Origin: Octopus vulgaris
Taxonomy: Eukaryota
NCBI GenBank assembly: GCA_951406725.2
Contig: OX597833.1
Span: 38,130,001-38,194,000 of the forward strand
Direction of reading: 5' to 3'
Length of the DNA: 64,000 nucleotides
Shown here: one piece after another, positions 46,210-59,700 of the stretch
Position numbering within the stretch: the first letter of the stretch is position 1
Layout of the letters: each line of letters starts with the position of its first letter
Translations under genes and position numbers: made by a program
Notes under the pieces: model-generated
Database searches by the model: none
What the model was told of the DNA's origin: nothing
What the model saw: the letters and a program-made list of their open reading frames with translations, nothing else

Positions 46210-49109
46210 GTAAGTGATACAATAAACTTTTCAATTCTGTTTTACTTTGTAGGGTCTTTTTTGGTGGGGAGCCCTGACATCACTAGTTATTTGTACAGTA
46301 ATGTGATCAAAGGTGTGGCTGTGTAGCAAGAAGTTTGCTTCCCAGCCACATGGTTCTGGGTTCAGTCCCACTGCATGGCACCTTGGGCAAGTGTCTTCTA
46401 TTAGTGCCCTAGGCTGACTAAAGCCTTGTGAGTGGATTTGGCAGATGGAAACTAAAGGAAGCCTGATGTGTGTGTGTGTTTTGTGTTTGTACCTCATCAC
46501 AAAGTATCAGCTGGTGTTGGTTTGTTTATAGCAGTTCACCAAAAAAAAACAAAAACTGATGGAATAAGTCTCAGATTTTAGAAAATAAGTACTGGGATTA
46601 ATTTCATTCAACTAAAACCCTTCAAGGTAGTGCCTGTGCGTGACTTCAGTCAAATGACTAAAAGTAAAAGGTGAAGTTGAAAAGCTTTAGCTCAATGTTA
46701 GAGAAAGATATCTGCTTAAAGAATCTTAACTATAGTAATACTACTATTAATGTTGATTATAATGATGTATATAATATTGTGTTCTATAATTTCTACCACT
46801 ACAGTGTGGGTTCTGAATAAATATGTGTCTGTATGTGTAACTAAACTATAACTAGCTCTCTGTCTGTTACAACAGTGAGTCTTCCAATTGATCTAATCAA
46901 CAGAACAGCCTGCTCGTAAAATTAACATGCATGTGGCCAAGCGCTCCACAAGTTCTTAGGAAGATTCAGCATGACACAGAATGTAACAAGGCTGACCCTT
47001 TGAATTACAGGTACTGCTCATTTTTGTCAGCTGAGTGGACTGGAGCAATATGAAGTAAAGTGTCTTATTCAAGGGCACATAGCATTGCTAGGAATCGCTC
47101 ACAACCTTATGATTGTGAGCCAAATACTCTAACTGCTAAGTGCTGTGTGGTAAGTAGCTTGCTTACCAACCACGTGGTTCTGGGTTCAGTCCCATTGTGT
47201 AGCACCTTGGGCAAGTATCTTCTACTATAACTTTGGACCGACCAAAGCCTTGTGAGTGGATTTGATAGACGGAAACTGAAAGAAGCCTGTTGTATATATA
47301 TGTACGTATATGGTTGTATGTCTGTGTTTGTCCTCCCAACATCGCTTGGCAACCGATGCTGGTGTGTTTACGTCCCTGTAACTTAGTAGTTTGGCAAAAG
47401 AGACTGATAGAACAAGTACTAGGCTTACAAAGAATAAATCCTGGGGTCAATTTGCTTGACTAAAGGCGGTGCTCCAGCATGGCTGCAGTCAAATGACTGA
47501 AACAAATAAAAGAATATATTTATTTATTTAAACTGATTGAGCTTGCTATGAAATTAAGCTGAAGGTAGCTTTTCAGCAGCTTGAGGTGAGTATGAGACTG
47601 ACTGATTTCATTATTTAACAATTAAGTATACTAATGATTGCTCGACCATGTATTTTGTACCATTATGCAGACGAGTTTTTATAAGGTACATATTTGTTTG
47701 GATATATATAATTAATTAACCTTTGGCTACTATCTTCAGCAGTTTGAGTGGGAGAAGTGAATGGACCATGGTAATTCATTAAATAACAATGAAATTGAGT
47801 GGCCCAATGCGCATTCTGTTGTGCCAAAAAGACTCTTCTGAGCTTAATATCATATAGCCACATACCTGTCTATGTCCATATATTTATTTATAAATGTAAA
47901 GGCAGCAATTCATGAGGCTTTGGCTAGTCCAAGGCTATAACGAAAAGATGCTTGCCCAAAGTGTCATACAGTGGGACTGAACCTGAAACCATGTTGTTGG
48001 GAAAGTGAACTTCTTAACCACACAGCTATGTCTGTGCCCTTGCCCTTTTATATATCATTTAATTCCAATATTAGCACTACTGATTGATGTAATAACTTTT
48101 CTGATTTCAGCTGAAATGAAAGGCAATGTAGGTGTTGTTCACTATGTGAAAGAGAAATCTGATAGCCAGTGGATACTCAAAGATGGACCACATGCTCCAT
48201 ATGTGATGCTCATTGAAGCTGCTAATTTCAATCTGTAAGTTTATTGACTTCATTATATATTTTCCTAATTACGAATAAATTATAAACCTCTCTGATCAAG
48301 CAGATGTACAGTCAAAAGTATTCCAGCTATGGCCATCCTATCTTTTTACGAGTATCTAGGACTACATTATCTAACATGTTCTTAACTTTTTTATTCAGAT
48401 AGCAGGGTGTGATTTGAGAAAGACCTGGCTGTTATTTCTTGCAGGTTTAGTGTCCATGTAAGGTTCTCTCTTTGCCTCAAATGTTGTTGAAGTAGCAGAA
48501 ACAGCAGAGTAGTAGACTTCCAAATTCAAATAGCATGGAAGTATTTGCTTGTTTGCTTGCTTCATGCTCTTGCTTAATAGACTTGGGGTTATCCTAGATT
48601 AGTGGCCCCAGAGACGTCATTATCTGCAGAGCCAACTAGATCCACCAGTGCTCTCCATTTTCAGAGGTCCCATGTCAGCTCCTCTACACCCTAGTATAGA
48701 AGTTGACTCGGTATATCACCTCTCTAACCGCAATAAAATAACTACAATGCACTGGCATTGATTCAATCAATTATATCCCACCCTTGTAAATTTTGCAGCT
48801 TTTTGCCAAAGTAAGGCAACCCAGCTGGTGCTGGTGCCACATAAAAAGCACCCAGTACACTTTGTAAAGTGGTTGGTGTTAGGAATGGCATTCAACCATA
48901 GAAATCAAGCCAAAACAGATGACTGAAGGGTGGTGCAGCTCTCTAGCTTGCTAGCTTTGGTCAAACTGTTCAACCCATTACCAGCATGGAAAACAGATGT
49001 TAAAAGATGATGATGATGAAGAAATCATCATTATTATTCATGAAATACTCAATAGTATTGGTTACATCCCACTAAGGGATTGTTGGCAGCATCCTCCTCC
49101 TCCATTACC

Positions 49110-49141
<32 letters not shown>

Positions 49142-50688
49142 GTGGTGGAACGGTAGTAATTGAATGTCAGACTAGATGCTTTACAATATTTAGTTTTGTA
49201 CCATTATATTCTGGGTTCAGAATCCACAAAAGTAAACTCTGGAATTTTTCTCTAGGGAATAGTAACATATTCAAGTTAGATATTGGATATGATTAGGCTG
49301 ACCTGGTGTCAGCATGAGAAATGCTGACTGTTATTACAGTGGTATTCCTCATTAAAAAAAAATTACATGGGCATTACACATTTATTTTGCCTAATAAATC
49401 CGAGGCCTTGTATGTTATTTATGAACTCATTATCAAAATAGTGCAGGAGATGTTGATAGAAAAGAGCTTTACTGTAACCAACACTCTGCTTTTCACCTCT
49501 CTACATGACAGTTATTATAGTGGTAAACCTCATTTTAAAAAATTGCATAGGCATTAAATGTATTTCTTTTGCTTAATAAATCTGATGCCTTATATATTAT
49601 TTACAAACTCATTAAAATAGTGCAGGTGTTGTTGGTAGAGCTTTACTGTGATCTAACCAGCACTCTGCTTTTCATTTACTGATCTTTAGCTGAAGGGACC
49701 GATTAATTATATTATGATGACCATTTATTCTGCAGGCAGAACATTACTGAGTTGATCGACTCTGGAAGAGTTAATGGGATACTGGTCATAGATGCCAATG
49801 GTGCATCACAGCTACCACCTGAGGGATTTTCTGCAGATAAATCTTGTCCAAATGATGGCTATGGTAAGAGCTATGTGTTTATTGCTTTCCTGTTCACACT
49901 TACAATGAAGCAAGAAAGAAGGTCTGAGACCTGATATGAAAGATGTTCTGTCATTTTTGTCTTGTCTGTTTATGTGAGCGGGTTTCTAATTTGAAGTGTA
50001 TTTCTATGCTTATCGTAGAAGCAGGTGCAACTGTGTGACAAGAATTTTGCTGCCCAACCACATAGTTCTGGGTTCAGTCTCACTGCTTGCTATCTTGGGT
50101 AAATGTCTTCTATTCATTCATCATTGATTTTAGTGATGAGAATAAAATCAGTGTCTGTCTTCCTCTTTCTCTAACTTATATGTATATATTTATGTATCCA
50201 GTCATCCATCCGGCCTTTCTTCCTCCCCCTCTCCCTCCCCTCCTTTCCCTGCTTGCTTGGATTGGATGGATTTATTGAGGTAACTTTCATTACCTGATCC
50301 AATAACTTGATACCTCTGTAATTACTCGTATCTGTTGCATCACTTTTACCTTTGTAGCAGTTGACTATGAGTATGACTCCTTCATGTATCACCTGATTGA
50401 CTATACGGGTGACTAGACTATACGGGTCAAGAGGGGACTTTGCACCATCCATAGATCTGATCAATAGCCCTCAACAGGTCCTGTAGAAACCTCCGGTTGT
50501 CTTCCACATCATGTGATACTATATCCCCCTCTATTTCGTCAAAAGCTTCGAGTAATATACCTCTAAATCTCTGTCATATATATATATATATATATAAATA
50601 TAAATATATGTGTGTGTATATATATATATATATATACTTATATAGGCATATATATATATCTATGTATATATATACATATATATATATA

Positions 50689-50734
<46 letters not shown>

Positions 50735-53700
50735 CACATGTGAATATATATATATATATATATACATATAATTGTATATATGCATATATTGGGTGCATTT
50801 AACCAAGTCCACTTAGCTGAAAGCAATTGGGCCAGTTCTGTAGTCAGGATAACTTCTACCAGCTTCTAAGGCCCTAAAAAGAGTGATAGCTACTCTCTTT
50901 CTTCTTGTTACTTAGATAATTTTTTTCTAATGTATATATGTATATGTGTGTGTGTTCATGAATAGATAAATGATTACTTGTAGAAAGTCTTTGAATTTCA
51001 GATAACTATTTCCAATAACAATATTTTCTCAGGGCATAATAATTTTATAAACTGTTGAGAGAATGTGAAATAGTTCTTTTTTGAAATAGTATATCTCAAA
51101 GCACGTGCATAAAGCCATAAATAATTGCTTGTAAATTATGGGTTGCAAAAAATCTTTTGGTAGAAAAATATCGAATGCTGCTCATTGGACATGAACCCAT
51201 ATCTCTTGTAGAAAGATGTTCTGCCATTGGCAGGCTTTGACTTGTTCTGTCCAAAAGGGTTTTTCATCAGAACTCTGTTTTAAGCATGTCATATAATTCC
51301 TTATAATTTTTTTTTGTATTTTCAGAAAAGTTTTGGGTGTTTGTGTTCTATACATATTAATTCATACAACTATGCAAAAAACAAAAACAAAATAAAACAA
51401 AAACTATGTGATTGAAGGGGTGTTTAGCTGTTATTTTTAGCATATTTCAGGATCACCTCATACCATCTGCATTTGTTTGTCACTGATGTATTGTTGTTTT
51501 TCAATATATTTCTCCCCATAAACACATTTACTGGGATTTAAGCAGAAAAATATTAAAAAATTAAAGAAAAAAAATTTTTTTTCTATAGTCATATGAATTC
51601 CCATGTATAGAACAAATTCACAACAATTTTCTGACACCCCACTCACCAAGTTATATGGGGTTACATGGGGTTATATAGCATGCTTAAAGTAGAATTCCAC
51701 CAGTTTTTCAACCCAATATTTACCTGCTATTTATAGATTTATGTGTGTGTTTTGAGATATACTATTCCAAAAAAACAAAACAAAAAAAAAGAATGTTTCA
51801 GGTTCTCTTGAATGTTTATAAAATTCTTATGATGCCAACAACTCGCAATTCTTGCTGGTGAGAATAACATTTCTAAAATGGTGAAGAAATTCAAAGGATT
51901 TCTTTGAATAATATTTTTATTTGAATTTTTTTCTCTTGCTTATCTCGTTTTTTAAAATAACTTCTGTAGGATTATACTGGAACAACACCATGTACAAAAA
52001 TTGCAGAAGTGTCCAGTGGAATCCTCCAGGAAGTGGTATGATGTTTCAGGACTTTAGCATTCCTATTTTTTTATTGGATAGTCCCAAAGAAGTTGAGTAC
52101 ATTATTGAAAAAGTAAGTAACATTTATTTGAGTCTGTATAGTTTTAAGTTATCAAACTGCTAATCAAAATAGCTGTACATTGACTAATGTTTATTTATGG
52201 GTGCAGCCATGGCTGTGTGGGTTTGCTTCTCAACTATATGGTCTTGAGTTCACTTTCCCTGCACAGCACTTTGGGTAAGTGGGTTTTTTTCCTTTTTGTA
52301 AACCATAACTTCATGTTGACTAAAAGTTTTGTGAATGAAAATTGGCACATAGGATATGTTGTAGTGCACCTGAGCACTGTACACAATTATTATTATTATT
52401 ATTATTTAAACCTGTCAGTAATACTGTTCCTATTCTTGACTGATCTGCCTCATACATTAAATATTTCTTTATTACCCACAAGAGGGGACAAACAAGGACA
52501 GACAAAGGTATTAAGTCGATTACATCGACCCCCGAAAGGATGAAAGGCAAAGTCGACCTTGGCAGAATTTGAACTCAGAACGTAATGGTAGACGAAATAC
52601 GACTACGCATTTCGCCTCGCGTGCTAACATTTCTGCCAGCTCGCTGCCTTTTACATTAAAGCCATTACCTGGCCTTCGGGTGTATTTAGCAGAATTGAGT
52701 TTGTTGCAAACATTTGGCCAAGTTTGCTTCCTTCCATCAGTTTCAGATGTTCTGGTATTCTCTTCTGAGAGAAAAACAAACAGACAGACAGAAGCCTAAT
52801 ATGAGTCTTTTACCTTAACATGATTTTGGACTGCCAGGTTGCCATAGTACTGAGCAATGTGATTATGAGTTTGTACTCTCTCACCATTAGTGTGTTGTGC
52901 CTGTAGCTGAGTTTATTTTTGCTCTAACTGGGTTGTTGTTGCTTTCAAACAAACATATCTTGTTTTTCTCTTTTTTTTTGTGACGTATATTTGCCATTGA
53001 AATATGGCTAACCCCTAAGGGTGGATGCTACTGTAGTTTGTAGCCCAGGAGGACATCTCCTCCAGCTGGCTATAGACACACTTTCTGTGCCCTATCAGTA
53101 TTTGCAAAGGGAATGAGGAGGTGTCCTCCTGGGGCTACAAACTACAGTAACATCCACCCTTTGGGGTTAGCCATATTTAAACGGCAAATATACGTCACGA
53201 TGTGTTGTAGCTACTGTTTATAACTCGCTCTGAGATCTATTATTGCTTTTTTTTTTGTTTTTAATATATGCCTTTCTATTTCTAATTCAGTGTTATGAAA
53301 GATATAACAACCCTGAGAATAACACAGGATTGCAATACCCACTGTGTGCAGCTGAGCTGAAAGACTACATGAATGCTGCTAAAGATTCGATGACATGTAT
53401 GCGACGTTCCAGCCACATGACATCTTTGACCACCAGCATGATGCATTACTGTGATCCACTCAGTAACAACAATGTTATTGGTTTTGTTAACCCAAAATCA
53501 GTTGATGACCAACTTGCTGAAAAGTCTGTTATTATTGCCGGATCCAGGGTAGCTGTTTTAGCTTTGTTGTTATATATTTGTTTATATTTTTGTGTCTTTT
53601 CCTTTTATTGATTCATTTATGTGTTGAATATGAGAAAGAAGAGTCCTCATAACCATTTTTAAAACTTTCTTAAGTTGTTACATATGATCAAAAGTGTTCT

Positions 53701-56700
53701 ACTCATAACCATCCCATCATTTTTTGTATATCAGGAACCTGTCCAATGTGTGCTTCCTTTTTTTTTTCTAAGGTGCTAGGGTATGATTTAAGGAAGATTT
53801 GGCTACTACTTCTAGCAGATGAAGCAAGCATATAAAGGCTCCCTCATTGGTTCATTTCCTGATGCATGGGGAGAGCTGCTTGCATTTAAAATGACGGTTC
53901 TGTTAAACGACTACTTGAGTGATGTACAGCTCTCACTTGTACTGTATTATGTCCGTGGACAAGACACTTTTAACAAGCAAATGCCTCTCCACCTCTAACT
54001 AGGTACTGCAAGGTAGGAACAGTTCATAGCTGTTCACAATGGCAGCACAGGTAAATTTGGTAAGATTTTTGTTAGCTTGCAGTACTAAGCTCAAAACCTG
54101 TTGCTCTGGATGTAACAACTTGGAAATGAATGCATTGGCGTGGGCTCTGCTAGGTTGTCGTGCCCTATTATAGCGACACTCCAGGAAATACAGGATAAAG
54201 GGGAGACGATTTGGTGAAGTGACCACAGCTAGTTTTCAATTTGGAATCATTGCAAATTTGTGACTGGTTAGAGAGAGAAAACATGAAGGTAGTAATATGG
54301 GGATGAATCAAGTTTTATTATTTTTGGTAAGCAAAAGTTTAGAAAGAAAAAGCATGAAGGATGCAAATTTGTTAAAATTTAAATTAAAACGTATTCCTGA
54401 TTTAGAGATGTTGTTAATTAATTGACTTGGCACTATCAGGGCTGCACTCCCACTTTGTGGTTAGTTATAGGTAGGTTATCCATGCAGATGTAAAAGCAAT
54501 TTTTCCACCACAACTTATGGTTAGAACAGTGTTTCCCAACCTGTTTTCCCCCAGGTCCCACTATAGCTTTGCAGAAAAATGTATGCCCCACCGGTGAAAT
54601 ATCCACACTAGGGCACTAGAATAGTGCTATACTGTAGCTAATAGTCTTCACATAGTATGCTTGGCTGGAGGGATTGGTTTGGCTAGGCTGAGTATAGGTG
54701 TAGTATGTTTGCTGTGAAAAGAAAAAGATTTTCACAATTCCATGTTCTACTAAGAAAAAATTTTAGATCCCACACCCCACCACAATTTACCTAGGCCCAA
54801 TGTTGGGTATCACTGGGTTAGGAGAATGGACAAAAATAAAAGTATCTTTATTGGTATTTTGTTCCTTTTTTTTTTTTTTAGTCTTCTGTCTCTTGGGATT
54901 CATGCTACTTATCTAATGACTTGCTTCTTGCTGGCTTATAGCTTCTTTTAACATGAACAGAGGTGTTCTTGTCAAGACAAGTGTTGTTTCATTTAATCTG
55001 CTTGTGTAGAAGTCTATTGTTAATTATGTGTATTATCTTCTCTCTAGATGGATTACATGAATATGTTTGAGAATGTAAATAATAGTGCTGACAATCCAAT
55101 CACCAGCATTGTGGCTCTTTTGTCTGCTGCTGAAGCCATTGGAAGATTTAAAGAAGACTTTATCAATTCACAAGAGAACAAGACCATCCTGTTTGCATTT
55201 TTCCAAGGGGTAAGTGGTGACATGCAGTGTTTTATCCATTTTCAATTTTTTGTTGTTTCATCATCATCATCATCATTTAACATCTGTTTTCCATACTGGC
55301 ATGGGTTGGCACGGGTGCTTTTTATGTGGCACCAGCACCCACAAGCTCACAAGGTTAGGATCACTTAGCTAAAGAAGGATGCAGGAGACATCCCTGTATG
55401 AAAAGACAACCATAATTTTACTTAACCTGATGTATCTTCTCAAGCACAGCGAATTGCCAGAAGTCTTGGTCTCTTGTCATCCTCGCTGTGAGGCCCACCA
55501 TCTGAAGATCTTTTCTCACTACTTTTACATACCAGCCATTTGTAATCCTGGATTACAAATGGCTGGTATGTAATTGTATATTAGTATTTTTGTATTTGTT
55601 TTTGTATAGTGTGTGTAAAAAACATCCTGATGAGGGGAGTGTCAGTTTTGATAATATGAAATATATCATATTACTTGGCACGTCTCTGAAACAGCCCGTA
55701 GATGGAACTCTAAATTCTTAAATTTTGGTGTTATTTTTCGGAGATTTTTTTTTTACTATGTCCTTTTAATGTTTCATCATCCCAAATTTTTAATTGTACC
55801 AATATTTTATAACTTTTAAAATGTAAATTCACTATGTTTTATGTATAACACTGACTTATGTCTTTTTATATATATTTTCATATCTTTATATCTGGAATTG
55901 ATACATCCATTTTGTAAATGTGGAAGAATATATGAATATATGTATCTATTTGATCTTCAAGTGTGGATCTTAATTATGTTCCTCTTGTTTCCGCTTGCAT
56001 TGCTTCCGTTCAAATTAAGAAGTAAAAAGCACCATCCGTTCGTGGCCGTTGCCAGCCTCACCTGGCCCCGTGCCGGTGGCACATAAAAAGCACCATCCGT
56101 CTGTGGCCGTTTGCCAGCTCCGTCTGGCACCTGTGCGGGTGGCACGTAAAAAGCACCCACTACACTCACAGAGTGGTTGGCGTTAGGAAGGGCATCCAGC
56201 CGTAGAAACATTGCCAGATCAGACTGGGCCTGGTGCAGCCTTCTGGCTTCACAGACCCCAGTTGAATCGTCCAACCCATGCTAGCATGGAAAGCGACCCT
56301 AAATGATGATGATGATATATATATTTGAAAAAAATGAATAGAAAAGGCTTTTCTGATAATTTTTTCCACTTAAATGACTAGATGTTTATAAAATAATAAA
56401 ACTTTTTGTGACTATTTTGAAGGGGATGATGTTAAAACTTAGGTAAATAAATTTATTTTTTTATTAAACATAACTAGTCTGAGAACTTCTTGATATCACT
56501 TTGTATAGAATAACTTTTTCCATTAATTATAACAGTTTTTATATTAATTATAATTCATTATCCAACTTACCTACCCATGGGAAAATGTGTGCATGAGTTA
56601 TTTTTGTTGCTTTTTAATTATTTAGATGATTCTTTTATTTTAATTAGGAAGCTTTTGACTATATTGGATCAAGCCGCATGGTCTATGATATGGAAGTAGG

Positions 56701-59700
56701 CAGTTTCCCAACGTCATTTCGCAAAACTGGTGGCTTAAGTTATTCTCGGGCTTTGCAAAAGATTGGTTTGAATCATCTGTCTCACTTTTTGGAAGTGAAC
56801 CAGCTAGGCTACAGAGAAAATGAGGCAGAAAATGTCTGGCTACACACAGACCCAATGAGCTACAATTCAAATATTTCCACTGAGGTAAGATAGCTTTTTT
56901 CTTTCGTTTTTCCTTCATACTGTAACTTAAGTTTTTGATCGATGAAATTATATTCTTGTTATTAATTTCTTAGACTGGAATAAGACCACATATTTTAGGG
57001 CAGAGGCTCCCAAAATAGGTGGTACTGCACTCTCCTTGGAGCAGCAAAAAGAGGGGGCACATTGAAAAATGTGGGGCAATAATGGGGTGACTGGAAGGGG
57101 TCAATGGGTGTAAAAACAACAAAGTAATGGGTTAATTAAAGTTTTATTTGTGAAATATAGTTGTTTTGAATTTGCTTCAGAAAGCGGTCTCTATTTGTGG
57201 TGGGGAGTGGCAGGGGTGCTAGGAATGTGGCTTAGATGCCAAGGAGGTGGCAGAACAAAACAGTTTGGGAACCACTGTTTTAGAGGAGTATAGTTTATTT
57301 ATATTGACCCATAATATAACTCGTACTTATTTGACTCCCAAAGAAAAGACAGTCAACCCCTGCAGGATTTGGATCAAACACAGTGTAATATTTCGTTCAG
57401 TATCTACAGATTTGGCCATCCGCTGCCCTTTTTCTTAATATTATCAAATCAAAATTTACCATTTATTCCCTGTTGGTCATAGAACATGACAGTTATGGGG
57501 TTATCTTTTTTTTTCCTATCTTTTAGCTTTGATTGCACTGTTTCTTATTGGTTTTCAGGTACCCCTTTTCTACATATATCCTGGATTGCACAACATGCCT
57601 GTATCTCCTCCTCCTACCAGCCATGCTGCTATACTTGCCCCTCACTCTTTTCCACACTAACTACTTTGCCTAAACCCTAGGGTATCAACTCTGTGGCATT
57701 CCCTTCCTACCCACATTTTCCCTCTTAGCTTGACTAAAATATGTTCAGGTTAAACATCAGTTGCATTGATTTCACTAGTTTAATATGGCCTGTGAACGTT
57801 GTGACCACTACCCACATTCACCCATTCTCTTTTCTAACTGAATGAAAAGAAACAAAAAAAAAATGTAGTACATGCACTAGTATTGGTTTCAAATTTTAGC
57901 ACGAGGCCAACAATTTTGGGGAAGGGATAAATCAATTACATCGACCCAAGTGCTCAACTGGTAATTTTATGAACCTTGAAAGCAAAGTCAACCTTGGTAG
58001 AATTTGAACTCAGAACTAGAAGACAGATGAAATATTGTTAAGCATTTTGCTTAGCGTGCTAACAATTTTGCCAGCTCACCACCTTTACATGAACTAGTAT
58101 TAATGTACAGGGTCAGGCAAAATGATCTGACACATTTGTAGGTTAAATAAAAGGCAAATGAAGTAAAGAAACAAAAAAGTGTTTTTATTTTTGAAAAGTA
58201 CATATAATGCCATTTTTCATTATGTTTTAAAAATTAAATCAGTCAAATGGGATCCATTATTGTCCACACACTGTCAAAGGCATTCACGAAAGTTGTCAAT
58301 AACTCGGCTCTTTCAACTCTGTTGAACTGAAGCTCTTACCGCTGCCACATTTTCTGGAGTTCTGGCGGTGCGAGGTCGGCCGGTTGATTTTCGTTTCAAT
58401 GCAGATCCAGACCCATAACAAGATCGTGTTTCGTGCTGGTACGGGATCATGTCTACCAAGATTGAAGTGCAAACGGAACGCTCTTTGTGTTGCAGTTACA
58501 GAATCGTTTGTTTTGATAAACGTTTCCACAATGAAAGCGCGATGCTCACCAGTCCAATTCATGGCAGCAACTGAAAAAGAAACGAAAAACAATGCCTTTT
58601 ATTTAACCTACAAATGTGTAAGATCATTTTGCCTGACCCTGTACATTTACATACATCAAATTGCTATACCTTTGGATTTATATGCTCTCAAATATCCACT
58701 GTATGATACTTTATTTGTATGTATGTAATGAAAATGCACTTACATATGTACACACTATAATCTCTGTTTCTATTTCAGATTGACGGTCTGGTGAAAAAGA
58801 TAAAAAAAATTGGAGAACAGCTGAATGTTACCGTAATGGAACCAAATACTTCTCGTCCTTTGCCTCCGTCTTCTGCTCAACGCTTCCTGCGGGAAACTGC
58901 ACTACCAACTGTTATGCTCACTAACCACGAAAAAGAGTTCACAAATATGTAAGTCTTCCTTGAAAGATATACAAGTCTGTGCAATGTCACAATTTGTTTT
59001 ATAGTTTTATGTCTTCATACCTTCTTTTGTTATTTTTCTGGTTTTGGTCTTTGGACTTCGGTCATGTTGGGGCATAGTTTTCAAGAGTCTTAAACAATTA
59101 TATTAACCTGAGTATTTTATTGAATTTAAAGGGACAGTGGTAAAGTCCAGCGGGACATCTTTAACAATTTTTTTTTGACCTCACATTTGTTATTGTATTG
59201 AGTTGTATGAGGACAGTGGCAAAAAGAAGTGCTGACCACTTAAAATTGAGGGATGTTGCAGAAGAGAGAGACCCAGGAAGACATGGAATGAAGTATTGAA
59301 GTCTTCAATACTTCACTGACCACTAACAATAAAGGATTATGTCATCTCTTGACTGCCTTGAATTGAAACTAACATCAAACTGGACAATCACACACACAAA
59401 AGTGGAAAGAGCTACAGAAATTTATGTCTGGGAGCCAGTTGGACAACCCAGGCAACCTTAGCTTTCAGAAGACTTTTCAAGGTGGAGGTTTACACCAATC
59501 CACTAAGCAGCCATGTTCATGGTGCTCCACTACCCATTATCTGTTTCAATCATTAGACTGTGGCCATGCTGGAGCACCACCTTGAAGAACTTTGTAGTGG
59601 AATGAATCAACCCCAACAGTACTTTTTTTTTTAAAAGGCTAGTACTTATTTGATAAGTTTTACTTTGCCAAGTCACCAAGTTACAAACCAACACCTGTTG

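Noticed and set aside
50497-50826. YI-rich ORFs
   Set aside because: Translations of a (TA)n microsatellite.
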